A DNA stretch of 63,024 bases, counting the filler. It is 8 parts of 8 records of this genome, joined end to end, with 100 filler letters (N's around TTAATTAATTAA, not from the genome) between each part and the next. Parts side by side here need not be neighbours in the genome. Positions count along the whole stretch, not along the records: positions 1 to 14,211 come from SRR2962707_5226; positions 14,312 to 20,208 come from SRR2962707_5230; positions 20,309 to 28,308 come from SRR2962707_5234; 5 more parts are not named here. The stretch is one strand, 5' to 3'. Positions 8,151 to 22,955 of this stretch are shown in pieces. Under the pieces are notes generated by a model. That model was not told where the DNA came from and made no database searches. It saw only the letters and a list, made by a program, of their open reading frames with translations. A program made the translations under genes and the position numbers. Within the stretch, counting starts at the first letter, position 1. Every line of letters starts with the position of its first letter.

Positions 8151-10691
8151 ATGCCTACCCTTCCAGTGAATATTCATTCACATTTTTCAATGAATACAGC
8201 ATTGGCCAACCTCGTCGATTTGGCGGCGGTTCCCACGTTCGTGTTAGGTCTCGATTCCCGCTTGGTTTACGCAAACTTGGCCGGAGCGGAGTTGCTTGGA
8301 CTGTGCCCCCATATCCAACAGGGTATCGGGTGGGATGAGATCCTACATCCAGAGGACAAATACACAGCATTGTCCGAGTTAAATTGTATTCTTGATGGGA
8401 AGTCAAAATACATTCAAAGGTCTCGTAGATATCTAACAAATTCTAGATCTTATGTGTGGGTGTCTGAGGTTGCTTCAGTTATAAACGATGAATGCGGAGG
8501 CGCTGAGTACATTCTCTTGCAGTCGATGGACATTGATGCCGAAATGTCGTCGGGGATTGCGGTGCGCCAAAGCGACGCGCGTTGGAATTTTGCTTTGGAA
8601 AGTGCAGGGCAAGGGGTGTGGGAGGCCGATCGCGTTAATGACACAGTCTACTATTCCAGCACTTGGAAGCGAATTAGAGGGTTTGCTGAAGACGCGGTTA
8701 TAGACAGCTCTCAGGAAGCCTGGCTGCAGCGGGTACACCCGGAAGATCGAATTAAAGTCGAAGAAGCGATCCAAAGGAATAATATAGGCCCATCGAGAAA
8801 CACATTCTCGTATCGCGAAATGCACCAACATGGACACTACATCTGGATCGAAAGTAGAGGCACCCCAGTTGCGTTTCTTCTTGATGGTCGACCATCCAAG
8901 ATAATTGGCACCGACACAGATATAACTGATCGCATAAACGCGGAACAATTAGCGCAATCGAGTTCGAAGCGATTGGAGTTGGCCCTAAAGGTTTCAGGAA
9001 TTGGCGTATTTGAAGCTGACCTGAAGACCGGCGCCCTCGCATTTGATGAGCGGCTTTACGAAATTTACGGGATTTCTCCAGAGAAAAAGCAACTTAGCGC
9101 TTTTGACTTTGAAACAGCGTTACATGTGGACGACGCATCAGAAATTCTTGCGCAGATTAATGATGCCGTACAGCATCAGGGTTCGTATAGCGGTCGGTTT
9201 CGCATAATGCGGCCTGACGGCGAAATACGGACTCTACTGTCACACGCTACCTACTTGAAGCATAGTGACGGAAACCACAAGTTCATTGGAGCAAACTGGG
9301 ATATTTCCGAAGATGTTGCGCTTTCGGACAGCCTGAAGGCGGCAAAAGCGCTTGCGGAGAAACGCAACGCTGAACTGGAGCAAGCCAACGCCCGTGTTAA
9401 ATATCAGTCTTCGCATGATCCCCTCACTGGCTTGCATAACCGGCCCTATATAGTCGCTTTGCTTGAGGAAAAACTGCACAACAAGAGCAAGTTAGTCTCG
9501 ATCCTAAGTATCAATATTGATGGCTTCAAGAAAATTAATAGCGCCTTAGGACGTGAGGCAGGCGACGCGGTGCTGATACACGTCGCCAAACTAATCAGCA
9601 ATGCAGTGGGTCGCGAATGTAAGATCGCTCGAACTACAGGAGACGAGTTCGTGGTGAGTCTCGAGTTGGTCGACGTCGACCGACTGGCCGCGATAGCCTG
9701 TAAAGTCGTCGGGGCATGTGCAATTCCATACGCCTATCAAGGGCATCAATGCCATTTCACCGCCAGCGTTGGCATAGCTATCGCGCGCGACGGTGAGAAG
9801 GACGCCAATCAGTTCATGGCTAAGGCCGAAGCTGCCTTAGACGTTGCGAAACGCCACGGCGGAGGCAGGTTCGAATTTTCTACGGAAGCGCTTCAGGTTG
9901 CAATCAATCTAGTCAAAAAGTCCGCGGACGATGTCTTGGCCGCCGTGCAAAATGGACAGTTTGTACCGTACTATCAACCGATCGTTGACGCGAAGACGAT
10001 GGAACTCGTCAGTGTTGAGGCTCTTGCCCGCTGGAATCACCCCGACAAAGGCATTCTTGGTCCGAATAGTTTCTTAAAAGTAGCAGACGACCTCGGCTTG
10101 ATCGAACAAATCGACGCTATGGTTCTTCGGCAGACTGTCGCAGACATGAACAGTTGGCGTTCCGCGGGCATCAAAGTGGAATCGGCCTCCGTAAATGTTT
10201 CGTTTAAAAGATTAGAGTCTGGCAGCTTGATTTCGTCGCTTTCAGAACTAAACATTGTCCCTGGCACCATTAGCTTTGAACTATTGGAATCTATTTTCCT
10301 CGACGATGTCGATGAACATCTGACCCACAATATAGACGCATTAAAAGAACGAGGAATTTCTATCGATATCGACGACTTCGGTACCGGTCACACTTCTTTT
10401 GTAAGCTTGTATAGACTCCATCCTCGTCGTTTAAAAATCGATCGACAAATTATCGCTCCCATTGACCAAGACGAAGACAAACGGAAGATCGTGGGGTCAA
10501 TACTGGAGATTGCTCGGACCCTAGGGATAAAGGTGGTTGCAGAGGGGGTGGAAACAGCTACCCACGCAAGGCTCCTAAAACGGATGGGGTGTGATTATTT
10601 GCAGGGGTTCGCGTTCGCGAAGCCGATGAACGCTGATGATTTTAGCTCTTGGGCCGTAGAGCATTCTAGAAGCCCCGGGCAAAATCAATGA
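8151..10691 (+). CDS. Multi-PAS GGDEF-EAL protein
   Basis: Three PAS/PAC repeats, degenerate RTTGDEF, intact VEALARW, DDFGTG, VAEGVE and QG motifs. Start uncertain (8049, 8151 or slightly downstream). Confidence 0.92.
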   Translation: MPTLPVNIHSHFSMNTALANLVDLAAVPTFVLGLDSRLVYANLAGAELLGLCPHIQQGIGWDEILHPEDKYTALSELNCILDGKSKYIQRSRRYLTNSRSYVWVSEVASVINDECGGAEYILLQSMDIDAEMSSGIAVRQSDARWNFALESAGQGVWEADRVNDTVYYSSTWKRIRGFAEDAVIDSSQEAWLQRVHPEDRIKVEEAIQRNNIGPSRNTFSYREMHQHGHYIWIESRGTPVAFLLDGRPSKIIGTDTDITDRINAEQLAQSSSKRLELALKVSGIGVFEADLKTGALAFDERLYEIYGISPEKKQLSAFDFETALHVDDASEILAQINDAVQHQGSYSGRFRIMRPDGEIRTLLSHATYLKHSDGNHKFIGANWDISEDVALSDSLKAAKALAEKRNAELEQANARVKYQSSHDPLTGLHNRPYIVALLEEKLHNKSKLVSILSINIDGFKKINSALGREAGDAVLIHVAKLISNAVGRECKIARTTGDEFVVSLELVDVDRLAAIACKVVGACAIPYAYQGHQCHFTASVGIAIARDGEKDANQFMAKAEAALDVAKRHGGGRFEFSTEALQVAINLVKKSADDVLAAVQNGQFVPYYQPIVDAKTMELVSVEALARWNHPDKGILGPNSFLKVADDLGLIEQIDAMVLRQTVADMNSWRSAGIKVESASVNVSFKRLESGSLISSLSELNIVPGTISFELLESIFLDDVDEHLTHNIDALKERGISIDIDDFGTGHTSFVSLYRLHPRRLKIDRQIIAPIDQDEDKRKIVGSILEIARTLGIKVVAEGVETATHARLLKRMGCDYLQGFAFAKPMNADDFSSWAVEHSRSPGQNQ

Positions 10692-11103
10692 GCAACATGT
10701 GGCGGTCGCGAATTCTGCTAAAGGCTGAGGCGGTCAAAGTTTCGATCATTGCGATTAGCTCATTAGGAAGACATGGTCACCGCGTCACATTGTGATGACA
10801 AGGTGGGTTAAACCAGTAAGCTAGTTGTCGTAAGGTGCGTTTCTCGGGCCCAAGCCCTTGTGGTCGACGGCGACAGCACTTGAAACTAGAGACGCGAACA
10901 TAACGCGCGGGTTTCGGCGCAGGAGGAGTTGGGAGGCTCTTTCTGCAAGTGCGTTGTCGTCGACCGTTGTTTCATCCAATCAGCCAAACTCGGCCTCGCT
11001 ATCGCGAGTGGATTTGCGCAGCGATAGGCTGACTCGCCAGCGATGGGGTGGGTGGCATTTCCGCTCAGCAGTCTGGGTCTTCTCTGCACACGGGCTGAAG
11101 CGA

Positions 11104-11264
11104 GCCCCGAATTCATCCAGCCGAGAGCAAAGTCCTCTGGTCAGAAAGCCTTGCGGGCTTGGTGTGCAATGGGAGAGAGCTATTGGCGCGCCTTACTCCC
11201 TCGCCTGCACCATCGGGTCTCGAAATGCGCAAATTCTCTGCTGTCGGCTGGATGAATTCGGGGC
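11104..11264. mobile_element. MITE-like element with 26-bp terminal inverted repeats
   Basis: GCCCCGAATTCATCCAGCCGAGAGCA (11104-11129) matches the reverse complement of 11239-11264 at 25 of 26 positions. No coding capacity. Confidence 0.55.
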
Positions 11265-11364
11265 CTGACTTCAAAAGGCCCGATCTCCACACCCGATCTA
11301 TTGGTAGGGTGTTAAACATGGGTACGCTTTTGGGCGCTAGGGTGTCAGCAACCCGAGTACCAAT

Positions 11365-13584
11365 ATGCATAGTAAATTCCCGACAGAAACACGCTTATCA
11401 TTCCGCCAGTTTGCTCTGCTTGCAACGATAGTTGCAGCCGTGCTGCTCGGCGCGGTGTGGGCGTTGGTTTGGGGAGCCGTGCAGCGCATCGACGGCATGG
11501 TGTTGACCGAGGAAAAACAGGCAATAGCCGCTGGCTTGACCCAAGAGCAAATACGCCTAGTGGAAGAACAACGGCAGATTACGACCCGGGATGATGCGGT
11601 CGCCAAGCTCCGCACCAACAATCGCATCTGGATTGTCGACAACCTTTTTGACCATATGCGCACATCGCACAACGAAGGTCGCATGTATCTGGTAGCCGCA
11701 AACGGCACCGTCATGGGGATGACCGAAAATGGGTGGGCGTGGGGCGAACCATTCGATGCTCGGGACAAGGTAGCAGTCGAGTCTGGGCTGGATAAACTAC
11801 GGAAGAGAATGGCAGACGCCGCTACGACGAACTTCAAGCACGCTTTGGCCGAAATAGGTGTCGCTGACCTTGTTCGTTTGTCTGACCGGAGAATAGCATT
11901 CCTCAGTATTCAACCGGTGGTCGGCACTGATCATGCAAGTTGGCAAGACCCAGGAAGCATGTTCCTGCACGTCGTCGTCCGGGTCTTGGATGGCAGTTTA
12001 CTGTCAAATTTGTCTGAGCGCGTTGGCTTGATAGGTCTGAAGGTCGGGGCGCCGGGTAATGTCCACGCATCACTGGCTATGCAGAATTCAGACGGTAGTC
12101 CCTTGGGCTATCTAATCTGGACGCCAAACCGACCAGCCCTGAAGCTGCTTCTGGACACTGCGCCAACCTCAGCGGTTATTCTAGGCGTTGCCGCTATCAG
12201 CATATTTTCGCTTTTGGTCTGGCTCCGGCGTGCCGCGGCGCTAGTCGATGAAAGCAGAGACCAAACAACGTTCTTAGCATTCCATGATCCGCTAACGGGT
12301 CTGGCAAATCGAGTTCAATTCGGGACGAGTTTGCGAGAAGCAATGAAATATGAGTATCTGGCGGCCACAAAGGTACTGCTCATCGCCATCGATCTTGATC
12401 GCTTTAAGGAGGTCAACGACACGCTAGGTCATGCCGCCGGTGACCAATTGCTTGAACAGGTCGGCAAGCGACTTTCTCAAGCGCTATCGGACGGCGCTAC
12501 ATTGGCCCGTCTGGCAGGCGATGAATTCGCCATTGTGCAGCCAGGCATAGTCAGCGATGGGCATGCCCGGTGGCTGTGTCAAAGCATCCTGCAATCGCTG
12601 AATGAGCCATTCGCCCTCTCAAGCGGATTGATCCATGTTACCGCCAGCTTTGGTGCTGCGTTGGAGCCCGGCGATGCCGTAGCGCCGGAGGAGATGCTAA
12701 GGCGCGCCGATGTCGCCCTCTACGCAGCGAAGGCAGCCAGGTCCAATTGCTTTGAAATCTACACGCCCGATATGGACAGCACTCGTCGAGAAAAGCGCAA
12801 TTTGGAGGTCGATTTACGCCATGCCTTGATTTGCGGCACAGGGCTCTTCCTTGTCTATCAGCCCATCTTTGACGCTGTTACTGGTAAAATATCTGGCGCT
12901 GAAGCCCTTGTGCGCTGGCTACATCCGATTAAAGGCCTCCTTGCACCTGACGTCTTCATCGGAATTGCCGAAGAAACTGGCGTCATTGACGAGCTTGGGC
13001 TTTGGGTGCTCGATGAAGCCAGCCGGTTTGCAGTTGCGTCCGGATTGCCCCGGATAGCTGTTAACGTATCACCGGTCCAGTTCCTCGACTCGCAATTTGC
13101 GGATCACGTTCTGCAAACGCTGCACCGCCACGAACTTGCCCCCTCTCGTTTGGAGCTAGAAATCACGGAGGGTTTGCTGCTTCAGAATTCAGGCCTAGTT
13201 CGGCAAGCACTAGTCCAACTGCGCGATCAGGGCGTTCGCATCGCACTCGACGATTTTGGCACTGGCTATTCCTCAATCAGCTACCTCCGTAGCCATGACG
13301 TCGACAAGCTCAAAATCGACCAGTCTTTTACGCGTATGATGACCCATGACCAACCCACTCACGCCATTGTTCGGTCGGTGATAGAAATGGCACACGCCCT
13401 AGGCATGAGCGTAACTGCTGAAGGCGTAGAAGACGAACAGCAACGGCTCTTACTGCAGCAACTTGGATGCGACTATTTGCAGGGGTATCTGCTTTCACGC
13501 CCACTAAGCGGTGACGTCTTAGTTGAACTCTTGATTAGTAAAGGGCCAGCAGGAAAGTTAGTTGCTGAGGCACGACGTGTCTGA
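11365..13584 (+). CDS. CHASE4-like sensor GGDEF-EAL protein
   Basis: Two TM helices flanking a periplasmic domain, HDPLTGLANR, RLAGDEF, AEALVRW, DDFGTGYSS, AEGVE. Confidence 0.92.
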   Translation: MHSKFPTETRLSFRQFALLATIVAAVLLGAVWALVWGAVQRIDGMVLTEEKQAIAAGLTQEQIRLVEEQRQITTRDDAVAKLRTNNRIWIVDNLFDHMRTSHNEGRMYLVAANGTVMGMTENGWAWGEPFDARDKVAVESGLDKLRKRMADAATTNFKHALAEIGVADLVRLSDRRIAFLSIQPVVGTDHASWQDPGSMFLHVVVRVLDGSLLSNLSERVGLIGLKVGAPGNVHASLAMQNSDGSPLGYLIWTPNRPALKLLLDTAPTSAVILGVAAISIFSLLVWLRRAAALVDESRDQTTFLAFHDPLTGLANRVQFGTSLREAMKYEYLAATKVLLIAIDLDRFKEVNDTLGHAAGDQLLEQVGKRLSQALSDGATLARLAGDEFAIVQPGIVSDGHARWLCQSILQSLNEPFALSSGLIHVTASFGAALEPGDAVAPEEMLRRADVALYAAKAARSNCFEIYTPDMDSTRREKRNLEVDLRHALICGTGLFLVYQPIFDAVTGKISGAEALVRWLHPIKGLLAPDVFIGIAEETGVIDELGLWVLDEASRFAVASGLPRIAVNVSPVQFLDSQFADHVLQTLHRHELAPSRLELEITEGLLLQNSGLVRQALVQLRDQGVRIALDDFGTGYSSISYLRSHDVDKLKIDQSFTRMMTHDQPTHAIVRSVIEMAHALGMSVTAEGVEDEQQRLLLQQLGCDYLQGYLLSRPLSGDVLVELLISKGPAGKLVAEARRV

Positions 13585-13736
13585 GGCCTGGGGGGGGGTA
13601 GAGGAGATAACTCCTTCGGCCGTTGTCGAACTTTTGTAGACGCCTCTCGGGCCTGCTGACTTTGATCGCTGTATCAGCAATCGTCGGTCCTCAAGCTTGA
13701 TGCAGGCCTGTTTCAGGCGAGCAGATCGTTATAAAC

Positions 13737-14102
13737 ATGATGGGGGGCCAGATTGCCTTAAGTCAGAGGTGGGTTATGCAAGCGATGCGGAAATTGGAAC
13801 TATCAAAAGACGAGCATCGAATGCTGATCTGGCTTGCCATGGACGGCATAAAAGAAGGAAGCGAATACGCCGTTCCTCACTGGCGTGATGACTTGATCGC
13901 ACTGGAGCCGATTATCCACGAGCTTCAACCGGGGCAATCGCTAGAGTTTAGCCACGTGAGGATGCAAGCGCTTAAAGTTGCTGTCGGATTAGGTTGTGAG
14001 CATAACGAGCATCACCTGGCAGACGAAAGGCTCAAGGACGATCTCCCATTCGTCGAGTCGCTCCTTGTTAAGCTCGATGAGGCGACACGCCGCGACATAT
14101 GA
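13737..14102 (+). CDS. Hypothetical protein
   Basis: 121-aa ORF with normal globular composition. Start uncertain. Confidence 0.5.
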   Translation: MMGGQIALSQRWVMQAMRKLELSKDEHRMLIWLAMDGIKEGSEYAVPHWRDDLIALEPIIHELQPGQSLEFSHVRMQALKVAVGLGCEHNEHHLADERLKDDLPFVESLLVKLDEATRRDI

Positions 14103-14211
14103 CTATGGCGAGCGAAGGGCGCAGCTACCAGAGCGGACCGTCCGTTTTTAGGAAATCTAATCGGCCACCTGGATGGCCGGAATGGGGCGCAATGGCGACC
14201 GGCAGCTGCCG

Positions 14212-14311
14212 NNNNNNNNNNNNNNNNNNNNNNNNNNNNNNNNNNNNNNNNNNNNTTAATTAATTAANNNNNNNNNNNNNNNNNNNNNNNNNNNNNNNNN
14301 NNNNNNNNNNN
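14212..14311. other. Artificial contig linker
   Basis: N-run, TTAATTAATTAA (stops in six frames), N-run; 100 nt. Confidence 0.99.
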
Positions 14312-14591
14312 TCTCGAAACTCTCTCTCGAAACTCTCTCTCAGACGTCGAGTCACGAAAGCTTTGTGCGTGGTGGAGCCAACGTGTCTGTCGGCTTTTTC
14401 TTTCTCCCTTTTTCTTTTCCGTTCATTTCAGCTTTATTGTCTTTTCTGTTGGAGTACTTTTTTTTTTTTCCTTTCTCTTGGCTGGTTTGTGGGCTGCTCT
14501 GCTGCTGCTGCTGCATTGACTGTTGCCCCGTTCTTGCCCTTTCCCCGTTCTTGCTCTTTCCCCGTGCTGCTCTCTTGTCGAGCTACGAACG

Positions 14592-16706
14592 ATGGCGGAC
14601 GCTGGAAAGGAAGTGGACATGGTGGAGCAGGCGGTGCATTGGGCCGCCAGCAACGGCCTGACGATGTTGTCGAAGAAAGACGGCAAGATCGAAGGTCTCC
14701 AGCACTGCCCGATGACTCTGGAGCCTTTCGAGCTTCCGCAAGCAGCGTTCGAGCAGGCGCAGTCGTACGCTCTGCCCTTCAACGTCCTCGTGGACCGCGT
14801 GAGTCGCGACACCGAGTTCATGTATCACGCGCTGGAAGGGGTGGTCGGCTCTGACGAGTTCACCGCAAACCTCATTCGCATCTCGAGAGCGGTCAATTTC
14901 CCGGAGGGTGGGCTGCGCCAGAAGATCGCCCTCGGGTTCCAGCGATCGGACTACATGCTCAACGAAGCCGACGGTAATATGCTGCAGGTGGAGCTCAATA
15001 CCATCTCGGCCTCTTTCGGGGTCTTGAGCGACCGGATCTCCAGGCTCCACCGATTTCTGCAGGCACGTTTCAGGCAGTCGGAGGGCCTCGCCCTCCCCAC
15101 CACTAACGTCACGCAGGGTCTTGCCAACGCCATTGCTGCGGCACACACCCTGTACAACCTGAACCACACTTCAGGCAGCAGTGCCGCAGTGAGCGGCACT
15201 GTGGTTGTCTTTGTGGTGCAAGGCGGGGAAACGAACATTGCAGACCAGCGGCCTGTGGAGTACGCGCTCTTTGAAAAGCACGGGGTGCGCGTCGTTCGCC
15301 TAACACTTGCGGAAATCCATGCTCGCACGGTGCGTCCGTGTCCCACACAACGACATTCTGCGTGTGGTTGTGCATTTTTGCTCCCCTGAGTGTTGTTCGT
15401 TCAATGGCTGTGACACTCCCTTATTGTTTCCATCCTTTGCAACATCTCCTGCTCCGTCGCAAACATCGAAACAGTCGCTTTCTGCCGACTCGGGAAGACT
15501 TCTTTTGGACGAAACTGATGAAATTTCTGTGGTCTACTTCCGCGCCGGCTACTCTCCAAACGACTATCATGGCCAGGTATTGATGTTTGAGCCCTGCAAG
15601 CAAGGTGCCAGACCTATGCCTCCCGAGCACCCGCCCACGTCAATGCCTATTACGCTCACGCCAAATTTGTTGTGCTCCGCATGCTGTCAACCCACATTTC
15701 TCAGGTTGAATGGGACGCCCGTGAACGTGTGGAATCGTCATTGGCCATCAAGTGTCCGAGTGTTGACTATCAACTTGTTGGCACTAAGAAAATTCAACAA
15801 GTATTGGCTGACCCGAAAATTTTGTCGAGATTTTGCTCACCGGAGGATTCGGCACTTCTTTTCAAGTGCATGGCTGGCATTTGGGCGCTGGGGACCGAAG
15901 CAGATGAGGCTGCCAAGGCCGAGCGTGCAAAAGTGAGTCACGACTGTGGTGAAATCTACAATTTGCAGAATTTCTTCTCCTTGCTGCCTTGTTGTTGACT
16001 CGTGCTTGTTTGTTTTGTTTTTGGTATTGTTGGCAGGCGATCGAGCATCCTGAAAACTATGTTGTGAAACCTCAGCGTGAAGGTGGTGGCAACAATTTTT
16101 ACGGTAAAGACGTTCGTCGTGTGCTGAAGGTCAGTCAGTTGTCCAAATCAAAGTTTTCCTCGCTTGTGTTCTATTGCGTGTCCAACAGTGTATTTATTAT
16201 ATTTCCCGCTGATGCTGCGAATGCTTGCGCCTGGGAATACACCAAGGAAATGTCTGAGACCGAGCTGAGCGCTTACATCCTTATGCAGCGCATTTTCCCC
16301 GCAGCGGTGCGTGCCTTGCATCCTTGACGGAGGTTGCACCCAGCTGGTGTTTTGCGAGCCTCTGTGTGTGGTTGTGTCAGTGCATCACGTGCCAATTTGC
16401 TCACTTGTAGGCTGACACCACGTTGGTGAGGAATGGTCTTCCAGCACGCGGAAAAGCGTTGTGCGAACTTGGTATCTACGCTCCGTACATCGGCGATGGA
16501 GAACGGACTTTCCTCAATGCTACAGTTGGTAAGTGTTGTCAACATACGTACGTGGTTATGTCGTGTTCGTCTCCCATGCTTGCGCATGATTTTCCTTGTC
16601 TAATGTTCGCGTAGGTCACCTTGTACGCACGAAGTTTGTCGGGGTCGACGAAGGTGGGGTTGCTTCCGGATATGCTTGCCTGAGCAGTCCAGGTCTCAAA
16701 CCGTAA
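14592..16706 (+). CDS. GSS: Eukaryotic glutathione synthetase, about 7 exons
   Basis: RSDYM, QVELNTISASF, VVYFRAGYSP, KCPSVDYQLVGTKKIQQ, KPQREGGGNN, ELGIY, EGGVASG, joined across GT-AG introns. Confidence 0.93.
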
Positions 16707-16811
16707 AACGCACACGTTGTTTGTAAGCGAAGAACACCGGAGTTTTTGTAGACCAATTGCTTTAATTTTATTGGGTGCGAATACCAAATTCTCTCTCAAA
16801 TACCGAGGGCG

Positions 16812-20136
<3,325 letters not shown>

Positions 20137-20208
20137 TCGCTCACCTCACGCACCGAGGGGCAGAGGACAAACCTCTGAAGCGAGAGCGAGAGAGAGAGCG
20201 AGCGAGCG

Positions 20209-20308
20209 NNNNNNNNNNNNNNNNNNNNNNNNNNNNNNNNNNNNNNNNNNNNTTAATTAATTAANNNNNNNNNNNNNNNNNNNNNNNNNNNNNNNNNNNN
20301 NNNNNNNN
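20209..20308. other. Artificial contig linker
   Basis: Same N/TTAATTAATTAA/N spacer. Confidence 0.99.
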
Positions 20309-21150
20309 AGCTTCACTTGTTTCTGTTTGCATTCTGTTGCAGTGTTCTCGGCATTGTCTACGACGCCGGCTACTATGTTGACTGGAAGTGTCTGCCCGCA
20401 AACTCCAATGCAAGCAAGTACATTCAAGACAATTTTTCTGGAACAGCCATGGCTGAGTTCATTACAGGTTTTTGGACGTGGCTTGTGCTGTCCACAGTGC
20501 TGCTTGCACACCGTGAGGTACCGGATCTGGGCTTGCACCGAATGTCGCATCCAGGGCGAGAGTTTTCTGCAGAAACTTCTTCTTGCGCATCATGCTGCTG
20601 CCGGAATGTCCTACTTGTCGTCTTCCACGTCACAGTAGTTATTTTTGAAGCGCTTTTGGGCGCTTCTTGTGTATCCTATGCTATGGTCCAGCAAGATGAC
20701 ATGCGCAACCGCAATCAGACCTTGCTGGGGTTAATCGTGTCGTTGGTAGGGACGATTGCCATTCATATTGCTTGCTGCGTTGGATGGTCCCGATTTAAGC
20801 TGCATGCGAACTCCACGCGCACGAACAGTGGCCAGGATCAGCAAGGCAATGGGGTTCATGATATCCATGACGGTAGAAGCACCGACGTAGGTAGTGTGGG
20901 TCAACAATACAGTACTAGGCGTCGTGATCCGGACCAGACTAACTCGAATGGAGGTGCGCGATCAAGGGGTGGCGTGCTGGAAGAGTACAACTATGGGGAT
21001 GGACTCAATGCACCATTGTTGGAAACTGCCGGTGAAGTCGGTCAAAGCACATCTGCGGGACGTGTGCAACGAACTTTAAGCGAGGAGTTTGCCCCTACAG
21101 TTGTTCACGATTTATCTGACGTGTTGAGTCCAGCTTTTACGAAACCGTAA
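20309..21150 (+). CDS. Partial hypothetical membrane protein (eukaryotic)
   Basis: Long ORF from the contig edge with about four hydrophobic helices and a polar tail. It ends at a GTAAG donor-like site, so it may continue. Confidence 0.55.
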
Positions 21151-22413
21151 GTTTTGCTGCCTTCTTTGCTTGTTGTGGCCGTGAGTCCTGCATTAGTCTG
21201 ATGTTGCCAGGGATAAAACGTTCACGTACGCATGTTGGATTTGTTCTCACAACCTTGCGAACCATCACTGCATCACTGGTGCTGGCACTGTAGGGGGCAT
21301 GAAGATGACACTTTTACGGCAACATTTCCGGGTGGGGCACAGCAACGCACTCATCGAGGCTGCGGCATTAAAAAGTGCTGTGGCCTGTGGTGTAGATGCT
21401 GTGGTGATGCGGGCAAGCCTCCGGTGGTAGAGGAAGTCACACGTGTTGTCCGTGCCTCAACATGGATGGGTGTGGATTGGACGCTGGAACGGTATGCCTT
21501 TGTCCCGTGATTTTGCTCGACGATTTCACACACATTTTTGAATGTGGTCTGTGAATGGGTGACTTGTTGACTTGTACTATGGTGTTGTAATAACTCTGCA
21601 CGCAGAGGTGATCGCAACGTGTCCTTTCGTGACGAAACTCCACGAGGTTTTGGAAACGAAAATGGGTTCAGTTTTGGAAGAATGGAGAATGAGGAGGATG
21701 GTGTCCTTGAGCCTTCGACTCGCAGATTTTCATGCGGGGCAACACTGCGCGATTGTTGCGGGGGTTGTCCAGTGCGCTCGATCAACGACGCCGACGATGC
21801 TGAGGTAAGCATTGACACTGCGGCTTGCCAAACAAATTGGGTTTGTCATCGGTGCCTGAATTCATAAAGTTTGCTCCGCCTGGGTGTATTCGACCTTGCC
21901 GTTGGCATCTAGGATCACATTGCCCCTGAAGCAACCAGTGGGTCTGTTCCGTGCACGCTCTCAGTGCTTCTGGCCTTGTTCAAGGTGCTCATTTCATTCC
22001 AAGTCTCGTGGTTAATGGTCTGCGTCCGTTGTATCAAAATGCTGCCTCCTCAATGTTTTGTCTGAAACTCCGCGTTACGTTTTTTTTTGCTGGAAGGTCA
22101 TCAGCTTGGTGTGCCTGGTGTGCTTCGTTGGGACACTTGTTTACGGTGTGACAACATGCTCCCATCCCTTCGGAAACTGGACCGGGTCGTCTGGGTAGAA
22201 TCCCCAAATTGTCGCTCATCTTCTAGGAAAAATCAACCCATGCGTCGCACGACGCTTGTTGTTTGTATCAAAGTGAATCAAATAAACTGTGAGCCCACGT
22301 GAATGCAGAGACAATATCCCTTGCCAAACATTAATTTTTTATGCTGCTTTCTTCTTGACAGCCTTGCTGGTAGTGATGGGCAATGTACACAGACTGGTTC
22401 CTCCTGCATCCAA

Positions 22414-22955
22414 TCACTCCCCTTTCGCAGTTGGTGGCACGGTTGCGATCACTTTAAACTCGACTGCAATGTTTTTCCCATTCGGAGGAAGCGCGGTGAT
22501 TCCACTGGCACACAATCCACAGCAAGGCGCAACAAGGTGCATCGTCAGTTCGCAACCATCACCAGCAACGGAATTCAACAGGTGACCATTCGCAACAGCA
22601 ACGTACATTGTGGTTCGGGTAGCATCAATCCCCGCCATCTCTTCCGCATATACTGCGTTGAAGGCGGGAAAGTCACGTTCCATGTCGGTCAGGAAGCACT
22701 GCACATCAACGACGTTCTCCAGCGAAGAGCCCGCACCCTCAAGGACGGCGCGAATGTTCGAAAACACTTGCCGAGTCTGTGCCGCAGCATCATAATCTCG
22801 CATGGCACCAGTCTCAGGGCACACGACAGGACCACCGGGGACACCATTGGTCTCCGGGTCTCGTGGCCCAATCCCAGCCAAATACAGCGTCTCGCCGACG
22901 CGCCGAGCATGCACGTACGCTCCAACCGGGCGTGGCGCTGCTTTTACATCAAAAG
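22414..22955 (-). CDS. RidA/YjgF family domain, probable 2-aminomuconate deaminase
   Basis: [58 protein letters not shown]. Confidence 0.85.

Larger units (their letters stand above)
3055..14211. mobile_element. tRNA-anchored genomic island, right end not in contig
   Basis: att fragment plus integrase at the left edge, a visible drop in GC, and accessory genes only. Confidence 0.7.

Noticed and set aside
21232-22300. Short ORFs between the membrane gene and the polyprotein, including 21351-21818
   Set aside because: No recognisable motifs and no consistent exon chain; I cannot support a gene call.
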